DNA of 64,000 nucleotides from Raillietiella orientalis. Its lineage: Eukaryota. The stretch is taken from assembly GCA_036172245.1 (NCBI GenBank), contig JAYWIR010000001.1, positions 1-64,000 on the forward strand. Reading direction: 5' to 3'. The notes under the pieces were generated by a model that worked only from the letters and a program-made list of their open reading frames with translations, was not told the origin of the DNA and did not search any database. A program made the position numbers and the translations under genes. Positions within the stretch are counted from its first letter, which is position 1. The number at the start of each line of letters is the position of its first letter. Shown here piece by piece: positions 1 through 12,944 of the stretch.

Positions 1-130
1 TTTATAGGACAGGCTCGCGCGTGCGAGCAGTGTGGCAAGGAGGGACACCGAATGAAGGAATGTCACACCCCGAAATGCCGCTATTGCAAAGAAACCGGGC
101 ACGAAATGAAAAAGTGCCCGGTCCTGGACT
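1..130 (+). pseudogene. L1/Tx1-like ORF1 fragment with two CCHC zinc knuckles (runs off window start)
   Basis: Translates FIGQARACEQCGKEGHRMKECHTPKCRYCKETGHEMKKCPVL (two C-x2-C-x4-H-x4-C); homologous to the minus-strand ORF1 at ~37520-37660. Confidence 0.85.
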
Positions 131-2380
131 CTTCAATGACGGGGGAAAGGGAAGCCGGGGGGAGGATGCGGCGCCCGGAGCCCTTGCGGTCGCAGTCGAT
201 TTGCGTGAAGCTTTCGATTGCGTCGACCAGGAGCTCCTCCTGGAGCTCCTGGAACGCTTGGGATTTCCTGCCGTCTTCCTGGCGTACCTGCGCTCCTGCT
301 GACGCTTCGCGCTAATTAACATCAATTTCAGCGGCCGGTACGTGTACGGCGTGCCGGTTCGTCGCGGCATTCGGCAGGGTGACAGCCTGAGCCCCCTCCT
401 CTTCAGCATCTACTTTGAGTTGGTGCTGAGAGCATACAGGGAGACTTTGGCAACCCTGCCGAGCTCTTGTCCCGGCACGCCTGCCGTGTCGGCCTATGCC
501 GACGACCTTCTGCTTCTGCTTCCCGTGTCCACCCCGGCATCGGCGCTCGAAGATTTCTTTGAGTTGCTGAACCGGGGGACGGGCTTCGAGGTAAACAGGG
601 CGAAGTCGTCAATCATTTCTACGGACTCGTCGCGGGCAGGACGGTCGGACTGGATCCGCTTGGGGATCCCCACAAGCGGGTACTTCAAGTACCTGGGCGT
701 TCCGTTGGGGGACTTCTGCGCTGCAGAAGCCTGGTCCGACCGTCTCCAAAAGGTGGAGTTGGCAATCGGCCCGTTCCGGGATGGCAAGTTTTACTTGCAG
801 GAACGGGCCGCGGTGTGGAACGCTTTTGCGGCCCCCCTCCTCCGCCCCCTACTTTTTGTATGCCCCATACCTCCCCAAATTCGTCAAAGGACAAGGGGCC
901 TCATCAGAAAAGCCCTCTGGGGCAATCGGAGGCCCCGCGTCCGTCTTAAAGACTTGTGCGCTCCACGCAGGGACGGTGGACTTGGTCTCCTGACGCTGGA
1001 GCGCATGGAGCGACAGCTCCAATTCCGTAAACTTGCCCTTGTGGCAAAGTACTGGACCGCACCCTGGTGTGCACCTTCACGACTCCTGGCTCACAGGGCA
1101 ACCGGCTGCCATAAATTGACCTCAATCCTAGTAGCCAACGACCGCAGCCTTAACCACTGTGGTTTTCAGCTGCGGGAATTGGTTGCCCTGTTTAGAGACA
1201 ATCCGTGGATCTCCTGCATCCCAGCGGACTGGACTACCTGGCTCCAGGAATCCGTTTCCGCATGGGCTAAAATCAACGGCTCCAGCGATGAGGACTTCTC
1301 CTGCCTCCGTAGAGGCAGGTACGCTGGTCAGCCACTGCAGGAGATCGTCAGCAACCCACGGAAGCTTCTGTGGGCCTCCTTTACCCCCTTGCCCCAGTGC
1401 TGCCCTCCCTCAGGGAAGTTCTGGACAGCCAGCAGGAGGCATCGTGGGAAGTGTCCTGCCTCATCGGAGGCAGGAAAAAATTATTGAAGGCGTGGACGTC
1501 CCGGGAACTAGCGGACGCTAGTACCCCGAGTGTCCCGCCGAATGGACTTTCACGCTGGGGCGCGCTGCTCGAAGTACCTCCGGAGGAGGTGAAGTGGCCC
1601 CCGGCGTCGTGGGATAACGGACCCTTCCTCTGCAGTGGCAGGAGACGGCGTTGCTTCTGCTCCATTGGGGACTGTTAAGCAGAGCGCGCTTGTCTCACTG
1701 GACACACGGGAGTGTGGATGCTAATTGCCCAGACTGTGGGGAAAGAGAAACCTTTCCTCACTTAATCATTGAGTGCGTTGCCCTACGCGATATGTGGGAC
1801 CGACTCTCGTCGATCTTGAACATTCCGCAGGGCGACCCGAAGAACATTTTTCGACTCCTGATGCGGGACGCCTTGCCAGCTTCCGGGTGTGTAGCAGTGC
1901 TCTGATGCATACGCGGAATACTGGACAAGTGGACCGCGTCAAGGAGAGGACATGCCAGTCGGAATGCCATCCACTGGGCAACCATCTCCTTGGAGAAGGC
2001 CTGCCGTTGGCGCCGACTTGGAAAACACTTACAGGCACTCGTCCGCATCCGTGACCGGATGCAGAGGCCTCCTCACGGCGTACCGTGATTCCTTCCCTTC
2101 CCTCCCCCCCCGAAGAACATTGCCCCCCCCAGGCGTTTTCTTTTTTTTGTTTATTTTTGGTTTTCCCCGCCCCTTCGCCAGTGTGGAGGACCTTATCGGC
2201 CTTAGGGTCGGGAAGGACAAGTGTCTCAAGACAGTCGGGCCATATGTCCTGACTGAAAAACAAGAACAACCACAACAACAACAAAAAAAAAAACAAATCA
2301 TGACTTTATTATGAAATTTTATTTTGTATTTTGGAAAATTTTAATAATAAAAGCCCCGGCTCACCCGGGTGAAAAACCCC
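130..2380 (+). mobile_element. 5'-truncated A-group L1/Tx1-like element: RT, C-terminal Cys/His domain and 3' UTR, disrupted
   Basis: AVDLREAFD, RGIRQGDSLSPLLF, AYADD, FKYLGVP (ORFs 21..302, 342..1487); CPDCGERETFPHLIIEC (1651..1905); stop at 300 and frameshifts; ends in AATAAA-hairpin at 2346-2371. Confidence 0.92.
2256..2297 (+). repeat. (CAA)n / A-rich simple repeat inside the element's 3' UTR
   Basis: aaaaacaagaacaaccacaacaacaacaaaaaaaaaaacaaa. Confidence 0.8.
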
Positions 2381-2382
2381 CC

Positions 2383-2716
2383 AAGGGAGAAATCGCGGTG
2401 GGGAAGCCAATTAAAAAGGGGCGCGAGGGTTCTACGTGTGCCGTGCCCGCCCTCGCTGCCGTACTGGGAAACACCTCTCCAGGCCAGGAACCAAGAAATA
2501 TCCGAAGAACCTCGGTAGGAAAGGTAGGTGAGCAAGAAGATCGACACAGGGCGAAGACTTCCAGCTCCAACCCGCTGTCCCTCCCCAAACCGGCAAACCC
2601 CAATCCAACGTAGGGGTCTCTGCGGCGGCTACGAAACACGTAGCAAGCCGCGGCGCGCCGCGCAAAAACACGCTGCATGCAGCCGCCCCTTCACCGACTC
2701 GACAAGTTTTCCCAGG
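2383..2716 (+). pseudogene. C-terminal remnant of an A-group ORF1
   Basis: KGEIAVGKPIKKGREGS... matches the tail of zinc-knuckle ORF1 37143..38009(-). Confidence 0.75.
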
Positions 2717-2843
2717 TCCCACAAGGGGTGGGGTAAATTTATTTTTCAAAATTTTTCTACAAAAACATTCACACTATAGTCTCATTCATACCATTAGCAC
2801 TGCTTTTACCACTCTGAAGACCATGAGTTCACAAGTTCTGCAC

Positions 2844-5800
2844 TCATGGTGGGTTTCCTGGTGTTTGGTCCCGGGCGTCGTTTTCTATCCTCTTCAGGAT
2901 GAATCGGTACGTCCAGGCTTGGATTTTTCCACAGTTCCTAATGCCGATTTCCCTCTTCAGGAGCCCTTGCAGGATCTCCATCGGTGGTGCGGCTCTCCTG
3001 GCTTTCCTCATTTTCCACCACCGAACAAGTATGGCGGTGATGAAGAGGGCAATGGTCGTCCTCACCATGGGATTGTAACAGGGAACATTACCATCCCCCT
3101 GAAACATCCCGGTGAGGATCTCCATTACGGATCTGTTCGTAAGTCCGATGATCCTTTTCAGGATCAGCCAATCATGCAGCAATGTCGGACACGTCAAGAC
3201 GTGAAGTCTCGTGTCGTTGTCTCCACATGCCGTGCAGTCTCGATCTTCCCGTCTTCCGGTATAGTACTGCAATCGGGACCCACTCTGGATTCCTCCATGA
3301 TGAAACATCAGGAGGTCATCCTGGGTGCCCGGCGGAAGGTCACTTCTCCAGAGCATTGTGCCGATCGCTAGCAGGTTGATCCGGTCACTTCCGTAGCGAT
3401 CGGCGGCTTCCTGGAGGGCACTGATGTCACAATCTTCTTCCGGAATTATTCTTCGGAGGTTTGTTTTGATTACCCTGGACCACGCGAAGTCGTTGTGGTT
3501 AAGCCACACCTCGCGGGTCATGTGGGTAAACCTTCCTAACATCATCTCTATATACCTGAGTATACGAGTGTGATGTAGGTACCCTTCTCGCCTCCACTCC
3601 TGGATTTGTTGTAGGGTAACTCTGGACCGCTGGTGGATCCAGCTTCTCGTGTCCGGCGGGACAGGAAGCATCCAAGGGATCACCAGGATGGACTCGTCCT
3701 GCCAGAGTTCCCTGCTTCTTGGCACGATCTTCATCTTGTGCTTTCGCACAAGCCGCTGTTTTCTTCTCCAGGTTGGGTCGATGGTGATCCATTCCCCTGC
3801 TCGGCCTAGCAGCGCAGTCATCAGGCCTTTCGAGTTGTTCAGCAACAACGCGTAGGCCCTGTGCGCCGCATACGGCCAGTCATCCCAGTAAGTGGCAATG
3901 TCCAGGATGTGTCGCGTATCCATGATTTCCATGGAATGTGCAAGCGACTTCATCCCGGAACCGCCTTCTTCCCTGGGACGACACAGGGGTTTCAGTCTTA
4001 CTCTTGGGCGATAGTGGTTCCAGAGTATTTTTCTTTGCAGCTTGTCGAACTCCCTAGTAGTGTCCTTGTTCATCCTCGCGAAGGCCGCCCCGAAGAGCAC
4101 TTTCGGAAGGAGTACTCCGTTCCATATGTTGGCCTTTCGCTTCATCCCAAGGTCCGTTCGGGTGTACTTGGCTGCTTCCTTGGCCGTTTTCCCTAGGATC
4201 TCGGTCCACAATAGCTTCGACGCAGAGTCGTCGCCAATGTAGACACCCAGGTACTTGGCCGTGTCCACCGTTCGGAATCCTCTTCCCGCTAGAGCGGAGA
4301 GATCGAGGATTCCAACGAGCAAGAGCTGGCTTTTCTGGACGTTGATCTTTAGACCCAGGCCTTGATCCATCAGGTCTACCACATCCAGAAACGCTCGTTG
4401 ATTTCTCTCTCCCTCGATAAAGAAGAGTAGATCATCAGCGTATGCCAGATGGGTAAGACGCTGGCCATCGATGGCTATGCCTTGTAGTCGTCCGCTCTTC
4501 TCGATAAAGGACGACAACGCCTCCATGTAGATGACGAACAGCAACGGACTTTGCGAGTCGCCCTGCCGGACTCCCCGCTCCATCCGGATTGCTGCCGTCT
4601 CCTGGCGGTTGATTTTGATTCGGCAGTACTGGTTCTAAAGTACCACCCTCACGGAGTTGCTTAAGTGTTCCGGAAGGCCTAGCTTCTCCAGAACCTTCAG
4701 CAGCATCCCATGGTCGATGGAGTCGAGAGCCTTCTCCATGTCAGTGAACACCAGCACCAGGTTCTCGCCGACGTATCGGCTGAGTCCAACGGTGGCCTGG
4801 GCACACTTGACATTGTCCGACATGTGACGTCCAGGGACTGCACACGTTTGGACCGGAGAGATGAGCTTCGACATGACCCTGCCTAAGCGGTTGGACCAGA
4901 TCTTCGCCAACCACTTGGCATCGGAGTTCAGGATTGAGATTGGCCTCCATAGAGCGATCTGGGTTGGGTCGGCTCCTTTCGGCAACAAGCTCATCCTACT
5001 CTCGTAGAAGGACTCAGGTAGTCTGCCTTCTTCACGGATGCAGAGGTTCAACTGGTGGGACAAGCGCAGGAAGGCATGCAGGCACCGCTGATAGTGCGTG
5101 ATGGGTACACTGTCAGGGCCCGCCGCCACATCCTTGCGCAGTTGTCCAAAAGCAGTCTTCACCTCGTCTTCGGAGAATTCCTCCTCCAATCTGTTCCGCT
5201 GGAGGTCGTCGGTCCTCTTCTCGAGATAGCTCAGAAAGGCTTGTTGACTAGACCGACAGAGATGTTGTCGCCTGAAGTGTTTCGTGTAATGCCTGTGAAA
5301 GGCTTCCACGATATCCTCGGACGACTGTCGCTCTTGATCTTCGTACTGGATGCAGAAGATATCTGTTGCCAGATTTCTCTTCTCCAGCACGCCGACTTCC
5401 CCTTTTATGTTGTTGAAGACGTACCGACTCTCGTACTGATCGAAGTACTTTGAGAGTGAGCGATCTTGGATGTTCAGCTCTCGGTACGCCTCCTGCCTCA
5501 AGCGCCTATCCCCGAATTGCATATTTGCAAACAGGTGTATCCTGTGTTCCAAGCTGTCCCAGTCGGCGACTCTTCTGATTTTTGTGGTTCTCAGAATCGT
5601 CTCCAGGACCTCCAGATGTCCAGGATGTGTCTCGAACCAGGAGGGCATGCTGATGAGCGCCGCCCTGGTGCCTTGCCTCCGCCGAGGATTCTCCGTTCTT
5701 AGGTAAAACCGCACCAACGGGAGATCGGACAGAGTGGTCAATGTGTCTCGAAAACCCTGAATGCGATTCCCTAGTTCGGTGCTGTGGAGGACGGGATCGA

Positions 5801-6362
5801 TCGGCTTGTGACTTGCAGTTCGCCACACCAGTCCGAACTCTTCGGATAGCCGCCGATACGCCGTCCTTCCTCTGGCGTCTTGGTAATGAGTGATCTCATC
5901 CAATATGTTGAGATCGCCAGCAACAATCACGACGTCCTTGGGGGCGACCTTTTCACGGAGTGCTGCATGCAGCGCCTCCGCACAACGATGTTTCAGCCTG
6001 TGCGGCCCGTACACGTTCATCAGGATGAGGTGAACAGTAGCGGACCAGGCCAGTCGCACGCCGATGATTCGTCCGGGTTGGGGACAGAACACTTCCAGAA
6101 TAGTGGGGGCCATGTGGTTCTTGATTAGGACCGCCACACCCTGCGTGTTCCGTTCTCCCTCGCTGACGAACATCTGCCCGTTGAATCGCCGTTCCATTCG
6201 CTGACCAATCTCGAGATCCATCTTGTGGGTCTCCTGCAGGCACACTATGTCTTGTTGTGCGATGGTTCGCACAATCCTTTTTCTTTTTCCCTGGTCGACC
6301 ACACCGTTTACATTCCAGGAGGCGATGTTCAGCCTCTTGGCGGTCGATAGGCAAGAGGCCAT
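2844..6362 (-). pseudogene. Family B ORF2 (APE + RT), ~1170 codons, one in-frame TAG at 4635-4637
   Basis: ASWNVNG, CLQETH, AGDLN, WRPISILNSDAK, RGVRQGDSQSPLLF, AYADD, KYLGV, CTACGDNDTRLHVLTC. ORFs 4635..6467 and 2844..4583 are in the same frame. Confidence 0.92.
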
Positions 6363-6375
6363 AAAAGGGGAAGAC

Positions 6376-8124
6376 CTATTTCCTGGCCTTCCTGAGCTTC
6401 TTCTGTCTGGGAGAGCGTGCTCTTCCAGACGATGAAGAAGCAGCGGGCTTCTCGCTGCCGGCGTCACTCTCCGTTCCGGTGAGGTCGGTTACTTCCGCCT
6501 CCTCCGTAGAGTGTTCGGCCCGCCCGATCAATTTTCGAGATAGCGCCTCTATCTCGACCTTTGCGCAGAAGTTCGCCTTTACGTCGAGAAGCTGTTCTTC
6601 TAGCATCTCGCCCTCGGTGACCTCCACAACCTGGTTCACCTTTTCCTGTGCATTGCAGATCTTCTGCAAGATTTTCTCTTGCTGAGGCCCGCTTTGCACC
6701 TCCATCGCTTCCTCCGCTAGTGTTGCCAACTCCTCCGTGGACTGCAGGGCCTCCTGCGACACTTTAGTGGCTTCCTGGTTTCCTTCTTTCGCGCCTTCCT
6801 GCGCTAACTCCATCTTTCCGCCTTCCTGCGCTGCTCCTTCTAGGATAAGAGGGGTTTCTTGCTCCTTGACGAGCATCCTCCTCTTTCCTTTCTTTCTTTC
6901 CTCAATGAAGCCGTCCGTCGATACCTGCACGGCTTCCTTCACCTTCTTCGGCCTTCCTGCCAACTTCTGAGGCTGTTCGGCCTCCTTGATGTTTCTCTCT
7001 CTCACGAGAGAGAGACCTCGAATCCTTCTGCAGTTTTCAAACTCCGGACAGCTCCATTGAGCATGTCCGTGCTTCTTGCAGAAGGAGCACACCTCCGGTT
7101 GCGGGCAGTTTCGGACTTGATGTCCAACTTTGCCGCAGCGGAAGCAACGGCATGTTGGGCAAGTGCCGGCCCTGTGGCCGAACTGCTTGCACTCGGTGCA
7201 GAATACCGGTTGTTGCCGGTGGCGCACGTTCACTCCCTGGGATTGTTCGTCAATAAACGCCAACCCAGGTATAACAGCTCCCTCCTTCATCTTCATCTTG
7301 GCGATCATGTCGCCAGAAAATATGTTTCCAGAGAAGTTCTGGAAATCAAGGTCCAGAACTTCCCCAAACTGCTCCAAGTAATTCCACACCGCTAGTTGCG
7401 GTGTGAGGATGGAGATGCCGTTTAAAAAGACGGTTGTGTATGGCATCTCGTTAATACCACAAACCATCCTTCCTTGAATATTGATCCCCTTCTGGATCAA
7501 TCTCTCTCTAATGTTTTAACAGTCTGTAAATACTGTGAAACCGTTGTTACTGGGTATAATCGCCTCTATTCGATCAAAATTGGTGTCTGTTTTTTCCAGG
7601 GACAGATACACCTCCCTGATGTTGTTGAATTTTATTAGCCCAGTCTTGGAAATAATGGGCTTTACATTCGGCCTTAGCTCGAAGATCGGCCGATCTACCT
7701 TTTGTACTTTTCCACATAGCGGCTTTCCAAATTTCCTTGGCGGGTGGACACTCGCTTGTCCTGCCGCCACCGACGCATACGAAATAAGCTGCGCCGCCGT
7801 AGCCGAAGAAGATGGCGTCACGCCCTGTACCGCGTGGACGCCTGCGGATCCCGCCTGGAACGCCGCCGCCGCGGGCGCAGCTCTCGACGTTGCCACCGTT
7901 GCCGCCGCCTGCGGCACCCTCGGCATCGCAGCCGCAGGCGCGACCTTCCCCGCCGCGGGCACGATCCTCGGCGTCGCCGCCGCGGGCACGACCTTTACCG
8001 TCGTCGCCGCGGGCACGACCCTTGGCATCGCAGCCGCCGGCGCAGCAAAGCCCGGCGCAGGCGCGATCCTCGGCATGCCTGCCGCCGCCTCGCCGTTGCC
8101 GCACGTTACCTCCATGGCTTCCAT
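6376..8124 (-). pseudogene. Family B ORF1 (gag-like, Ala/Pro-rich N-terminus, 3 CCHC knuckles), one stop at 7516-7518
   Basis: CTECKQFGHRAGTC, CFRCGKVGHQVRNC, CSFCKKHGHAQWSC; the GAA codon of the other copy is TAA here. Confidence 0.9.
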
Positions 8125-8330
8125 TAGGGACGACGGCCTCTCCACTCCTCTACCAGGTGCCTGCATCCTGGCAGCTGTTCTTGCTGCTCGGGACGACTAG
8201 AGGTCTTCCGCCGTGATCTCCTCGGCGCTTCTTTTGTAGCTGTATGAGCAGATCCTATGCAGCACACTCTAGTCCGCACTCACTTTCTTCTGGACACTTT
8301 CCCTCTTCGGGCACACTCGATCACAATTAG

Positions 8331-11300
8331 CTAATTAACCGTCGTCGTGCGCGCAATTGAATGAACCTCGAAGCAAGGTCATCGACTCGGTAAGAGAGAA
8401 GCAATCTCCCGACAGCCAAGAAGGTGACTCCGCTGCCTCCTTTTAAAGGCGTGGCGGAAGCGACGCACCTAGATGCGGCAGCGAAAACTCCGGAGGTTTC
8501 CTAGACGAAAGTCGCGGAAGCGTCCGAAAATCGTGACGGAGAATGAAAGGTTGTGGAGAGGAGAAAAGAAAAATCTCCCAAGAAGGCTTCGCAACCTCCA
8601 TCCGCGAGCTCTTTGAAAGCAAAGAACAGCCGCGTGAACAAGAGAACACGCGCGGAGGGTTCTTCTGCCCAGGAAAAAGCCAGCGCCGTCAACGCGTGCA
8701 AGTCCGCCCTGTGACCGCCGAGAAGACGTTTCCGGTGCGATCGGAGGGATGCAAACGCACGTCGATCGTGCGAGCATCAGACTCCGTAAAGGAGTCCGAT
8801 AACGCCGCTGAACGACGAGTTACTCGCGCGGGAGCGAGCGCCCGCAGGGCTGAAGTCCTGAGGCGTGACACACTCGCCGCGGAACGGCGAGTGCTCACCC
8901 CGGAATCCACAGGTTCTGCACCCGGGGAGGAGCACTCGATTACGCGCTGAACGGTGGAGGCCGGTGGCGACCGCGCCCTCCAGCCCGTCGTGCTGCTTAC
9001 TGCCCGCTCGCCGGGTGAGGCGAGCACCACGGCCTCGCTTTCCCAGCCGTGATGAGGGCAATCGCGTCTTCTCGTCGTGTTGCCGTGGCGTGCTGGAACG
9101 TCAACGGTCTCCAACACGACGTGAAGAGGCGACCAGTAGCCAACGCTCTGCGCGCCTTCGACTTGACGCTCCTGCAGGAGATTCACAGCATCTCCGGAGA
9201 CCAGGCTGCCGAAATCAAACGGCGTGCGGGCAGAACGCTACATTATATGTGCGGCGTCGCTTTCCTCGTACGAGGAAATTTGGCGGGAGCGGTGCGCAGC
9301 GTTCGTTTCGACACGGAAGGCCGAGTGGGACAGCTTGTACTCAAGTGGTCCGACTCGATCGACCTTGTCGTAACCAACGTGTACGCGCCGAGCGGTGCTG
9401 GACGATGGGCCGAAAGGATTGAGTTCTTCGGTACTCTTCAAAGCCAATGGCTCACTCGATCTCACCCTACTGTGGCCCATCTCATTGCGGGGGACTTTAA
9501 CGTCCACCTGCTTTCCGAGAATAGATCCCACAAAAGGGAAAAGTTGCTAGCGGAAGAGATGTGCGCGTCCGTTCACGCGTGCAACTTTTTCGCTAACGAC
9601 TCTGTTATGGCGACATCACCGGACCATGTATCCCTCGATGAACACTTGCTCTCTCGAGTGGGTCGGAGCGGTCCCATGCCGTCCGTGCTTTCAGACCACA
9701 ACAGACTCGAGTTCGAGTTGCTCCCGCCAGGCAAGGGGCCTCCAAACTGTTTTTGGAGGATGCCGGCAGACTGGCTAAGCCACCCGGAGGCGGCTGAGCA
9801 TCTTCGCCAGTACCTCCGCGGCTTCCCCATAAGTGAGCTCGAGGACTGGGACGATCTGAAAAGATCGGTCCGCTGCCGGTTTCTCTTGCACCAGCTTCCG
9901 CGCGGCTTCGGAGAGGGTGTAGCCAACAGCAGAGATTTTCTGCAGGCTCGCTCCTACTCCAGGCGCGCGGACGTTGGTCGATTAATCGAGTACAAGGCCA
10001 AGGCTGAGCGCCAGGTCTGGCAGTCTGGAGCGACAGTTCTGCTCGACGACCAGGACCGGGAATGCTCGGCTCCAGCCGACGTGCGGCGGATAGTCAGGCG
10101 CTATTACTCTTCTCTGTATGCAGAGGCACCGACGGAACGCAGTCTCTTCGAGCTGCTTCTGCCGATTGATGCACCTGTTGTAGACGAGGAGGAACGTGCG
10201 CGTCTCGATGAGCCCTTCACGGCAGAGGAAATTTCTTCGGCCATCTCGGGGCTCAAGAGACGAAAAGCGCCAGGCGAAGATGGGCTCCCCGCGGAATTCT
10301 TTCAGTGTTTTGCGGCGGAGCTCATCCCCCTGGTGCTTCAACTCTCGTCGCTGATGCGAGACGCGGGCGATATCCCCGCCTCGTTTTGCTCAGCGAAGGT
10401 GCGTCTCCTGCCGAAAGGCGGAGATTTGCGCCAACTGAACAATTGGCGTCCGATCACATTAGTGAATTCGGACGTCAAGTTGTTCTCAAAACTTTGGGTG
10501 GCGCGGATAGGGAGGATCGCGGAGTCTTTGGTAAGTCCGGAGCAGACCTACGCTGTCCGTAGGCGGTCCATGGACGTGAACCTCTTATTCATATGCACAT
10601 GGCTGCAATTGCAGTATCGTGTGGCGATGGATCGTCGTGCGGAAGCGACGCTTTCGATCTCGCACCGACGGAGGCGCGGGTCGCCAAGGGAAACCACAGG
10701 AGCCTTGGCGGTTGCAGTCGATTTGCACAAAGCTTTTGATTGCATGAACCAAAAGCTTCTACTTGAGCTTTTGGAACGTGTGGGCCTCCCGGCATCCCTA
10801 TTGGCGTACTTGCGCTCCTGCTGGCGCCACGCGATTACATCCATTGTTTTCAGTGGCTGTCGCGTGTACGGCGTGCCGGTTAAACGTGGAATTATGTAGG
10901 GCGATAGCTTAAGCCCGCTGCTCTTTAGCATCTATTTTGATATGGTGCTGGAGGCTTACAGGCTGACGCTATCTAACCTGCCGAGCTCCTGTGCAGGTAC
11001 GCCGGCCGTGGCAGCCTATGCCGACGACCTGCTTCTCCTGTTGCCCATGTCCACCCCAGCAGCGTCGCTTGAAGATTTCTTTGAGTTGATCCGTCACGGT
11101 GCGGGCGTGAGCGTCAACAGGAGCAAGTGCATGGTTGTTCCGGTTGGAGCGACGTGGGAGGGGCAGTCCGACTAGATCCGCCTGGGGATCCCCACTAGCA
11201 GGTTCCTAAGGTAACTTCGCGTGCCGTTGGGCGACTTCTGCGTCTCAGAAGCGTGGTCGGACTGCCTTCGGAAGGCAGAGCGTGCACTTGGCCCGTTTTC

Positions 11301-12944
11301 AGGAGGCGAGTTCGTCTTGCCGGAACGGGCCTGCATCTGGAACACCTTCGTTGCCCCCCTACTCCGCCCCCTGTTTTTTGTTTGTCCACCCCCCCAGGAA
11401 GTCAAAGTCTGGGCGCAGCGCCTTCTACGCAAAGCGTTGTGGGGCGCTGCAAGATCCCGTGTTAGACTTAAAGACTTGGTGGCGCCGCGTCAGGATGCAG
11501 GCTTGGGCATCCTAGACTTAAACAGCATCGAACTGCAGGTGCAGTTTCGCATGCTGCGGCTCTGTGCCAAGCTGTGGTGTACGCCGTGGTGCTTACCCGC
11601 ACGCCTTATACTGAGGCGCTGCACGGGAAGCGAGGGACTGCTTTCGTTGCTACCCCACTTTCGGCACACCAGAATAGGGTTTGGCTTCCCGCTGAGGCAG
11701 CTGTCCTCACTGCTGGAAGCCCAATGTTGGATCTCCTGCCGCCCCATGAACATTAATGCATGGCGGCAGGAATCTTTTTCATCGTGGGCAGCTTCCGAAG
11801 GAACGCGCCCGGAAGATCTTCGACGTCTGCGACTTCTCCTCAGTCATCAAATGGACGAAGTCATGCAGGACAAGAAGTTGTCGGATCGTCTTGCCGCCAC
11901 ACCACTCGCTTCAGCGCTGTCTGCCCTCAGGGCAAGCAACGAGGATTGCCTACCGGCGGAATGGGAGTTCTGCAAAATAGCGGGAGTCAGTAAGCTCCTC
12001 GGCTGCTGGACGACAAAGGAGCTGGTGGAAACTGCCACTCCTCGTAATCGGGCGAAGGGCCTGCTTCGCTGAAGCGAACGTTTATGTGTGCCCCCCGGAG
12101 AGATAGTGGTTCCCTTCGTTTGTTTGGACAGCTCCGTGTTCCCCCTAAAGTGGAAACAAGATGCGCTGCTCTTTTTACATTGTGCATTACACTGTAATAG
12201 GCAGCGAAGCATCGTTTCCGGGGGAGCTGCTTTGCCAAACTGTTAAAGGTGCGGAGAGATCGAGTCTTTTCCGCACCTTTTGCTGGACTGCGGTGACCTC
12301 CGGGAACTGTGGCGAAGGCTCACTTCGGGCATCATGCCACAAGGAGGCACTGCCATTGATGTGCTGCGGCGCTTCTTCAGCAGAAATGGACTTTCGGTTG
12401 GCGCGATTGTCGCAACCATGTGTTGCGCTCGCGCCATCGTGAAGGCCCGCTACGCCCTGGAGTTGTCAGTGCAGCGAAGGGAGGCTCACCTGTTTGCAGC
12501 TTAAATCATGGAGAAGGCTTCAAGGTGGTCTCATCTTCGTGACAAGGTGAATGAGGACATCACCGGCATACATCGCCGGTTTACAGACCTTTGAGAACGG
12601 CGTAATCCGGTGACCCCTGCGACCTCTCGCCCACTCATACCTTGTCCCCGTTCGCTCGGTAAAATTTCCGGTGCCCATGCTTTTATCCCCGTGTCTTCCA
12701 GAGCGATCCCAAACACCCTTATCCCGTCCTCCTTATTCATTGTTTTTATTTTATTTTGGTTTCTTTGTGTTCCCTGCCCCCCCACACCGTTCACAAAACT
12801 GTTACTCTGGCCTGCGTGCCAGCAATATTCTCTTCATTCTTGTTCAGTCGTCGGTTGGGAGTTTGGTTCCCAACTGGTTTATTTTGTATAATTGCTTTTT
12901 TTGGTTATGTTATATGGAATAAACGCCCCGGCGTGACCGGGTGA
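8331..12944 (+). mobile_element. A-group L1/Tx1-like element: ORF1 3' part, full-span disrupted ORF2 (ATG 9052), 3' UTR
   Basis: ACWNVNG, LLQEIH, AGDFN, SDH, APGEDG, WRPITLVNSDVK, DLHKAFD, YADD; stops at 10897, 11173, 12070; AATAAA-hairpin 12918-12944. Confidence 0.92.

Larger units (their letters stand above)
2717..8330 (-). mobile_element. Near full-length family B L1/Tx1-like retrotransposon (copy 1)
   Basis: 5' UTR, ORF1 with three knuckles, ORF2 APE-RT-Cys/His, 3' UTR with AATAAA (complement 2738-2743) and terminal hairpin 2718-2732. Confidence 0.93.

Noticed and set aside
2346-2371. Terminal hairpin as a Helitron end or CRISPR repeat
   Set aside because: No CTRR terminus, no Rep/helicase, no regular spacing; intact copies follow LINE 3' UTRs.
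2814-2860. CTGAAGA followed by a stem, resembling a hammerhead ribozyme core
   Set aside because: No GAAA after the stem; antisense to the element.
4635-4637. Shared in-frame TAG as programmed readthrough
   Set aside because: The two copies are duplicates, and the position normally encodes Tyr, so one mutation explains it.
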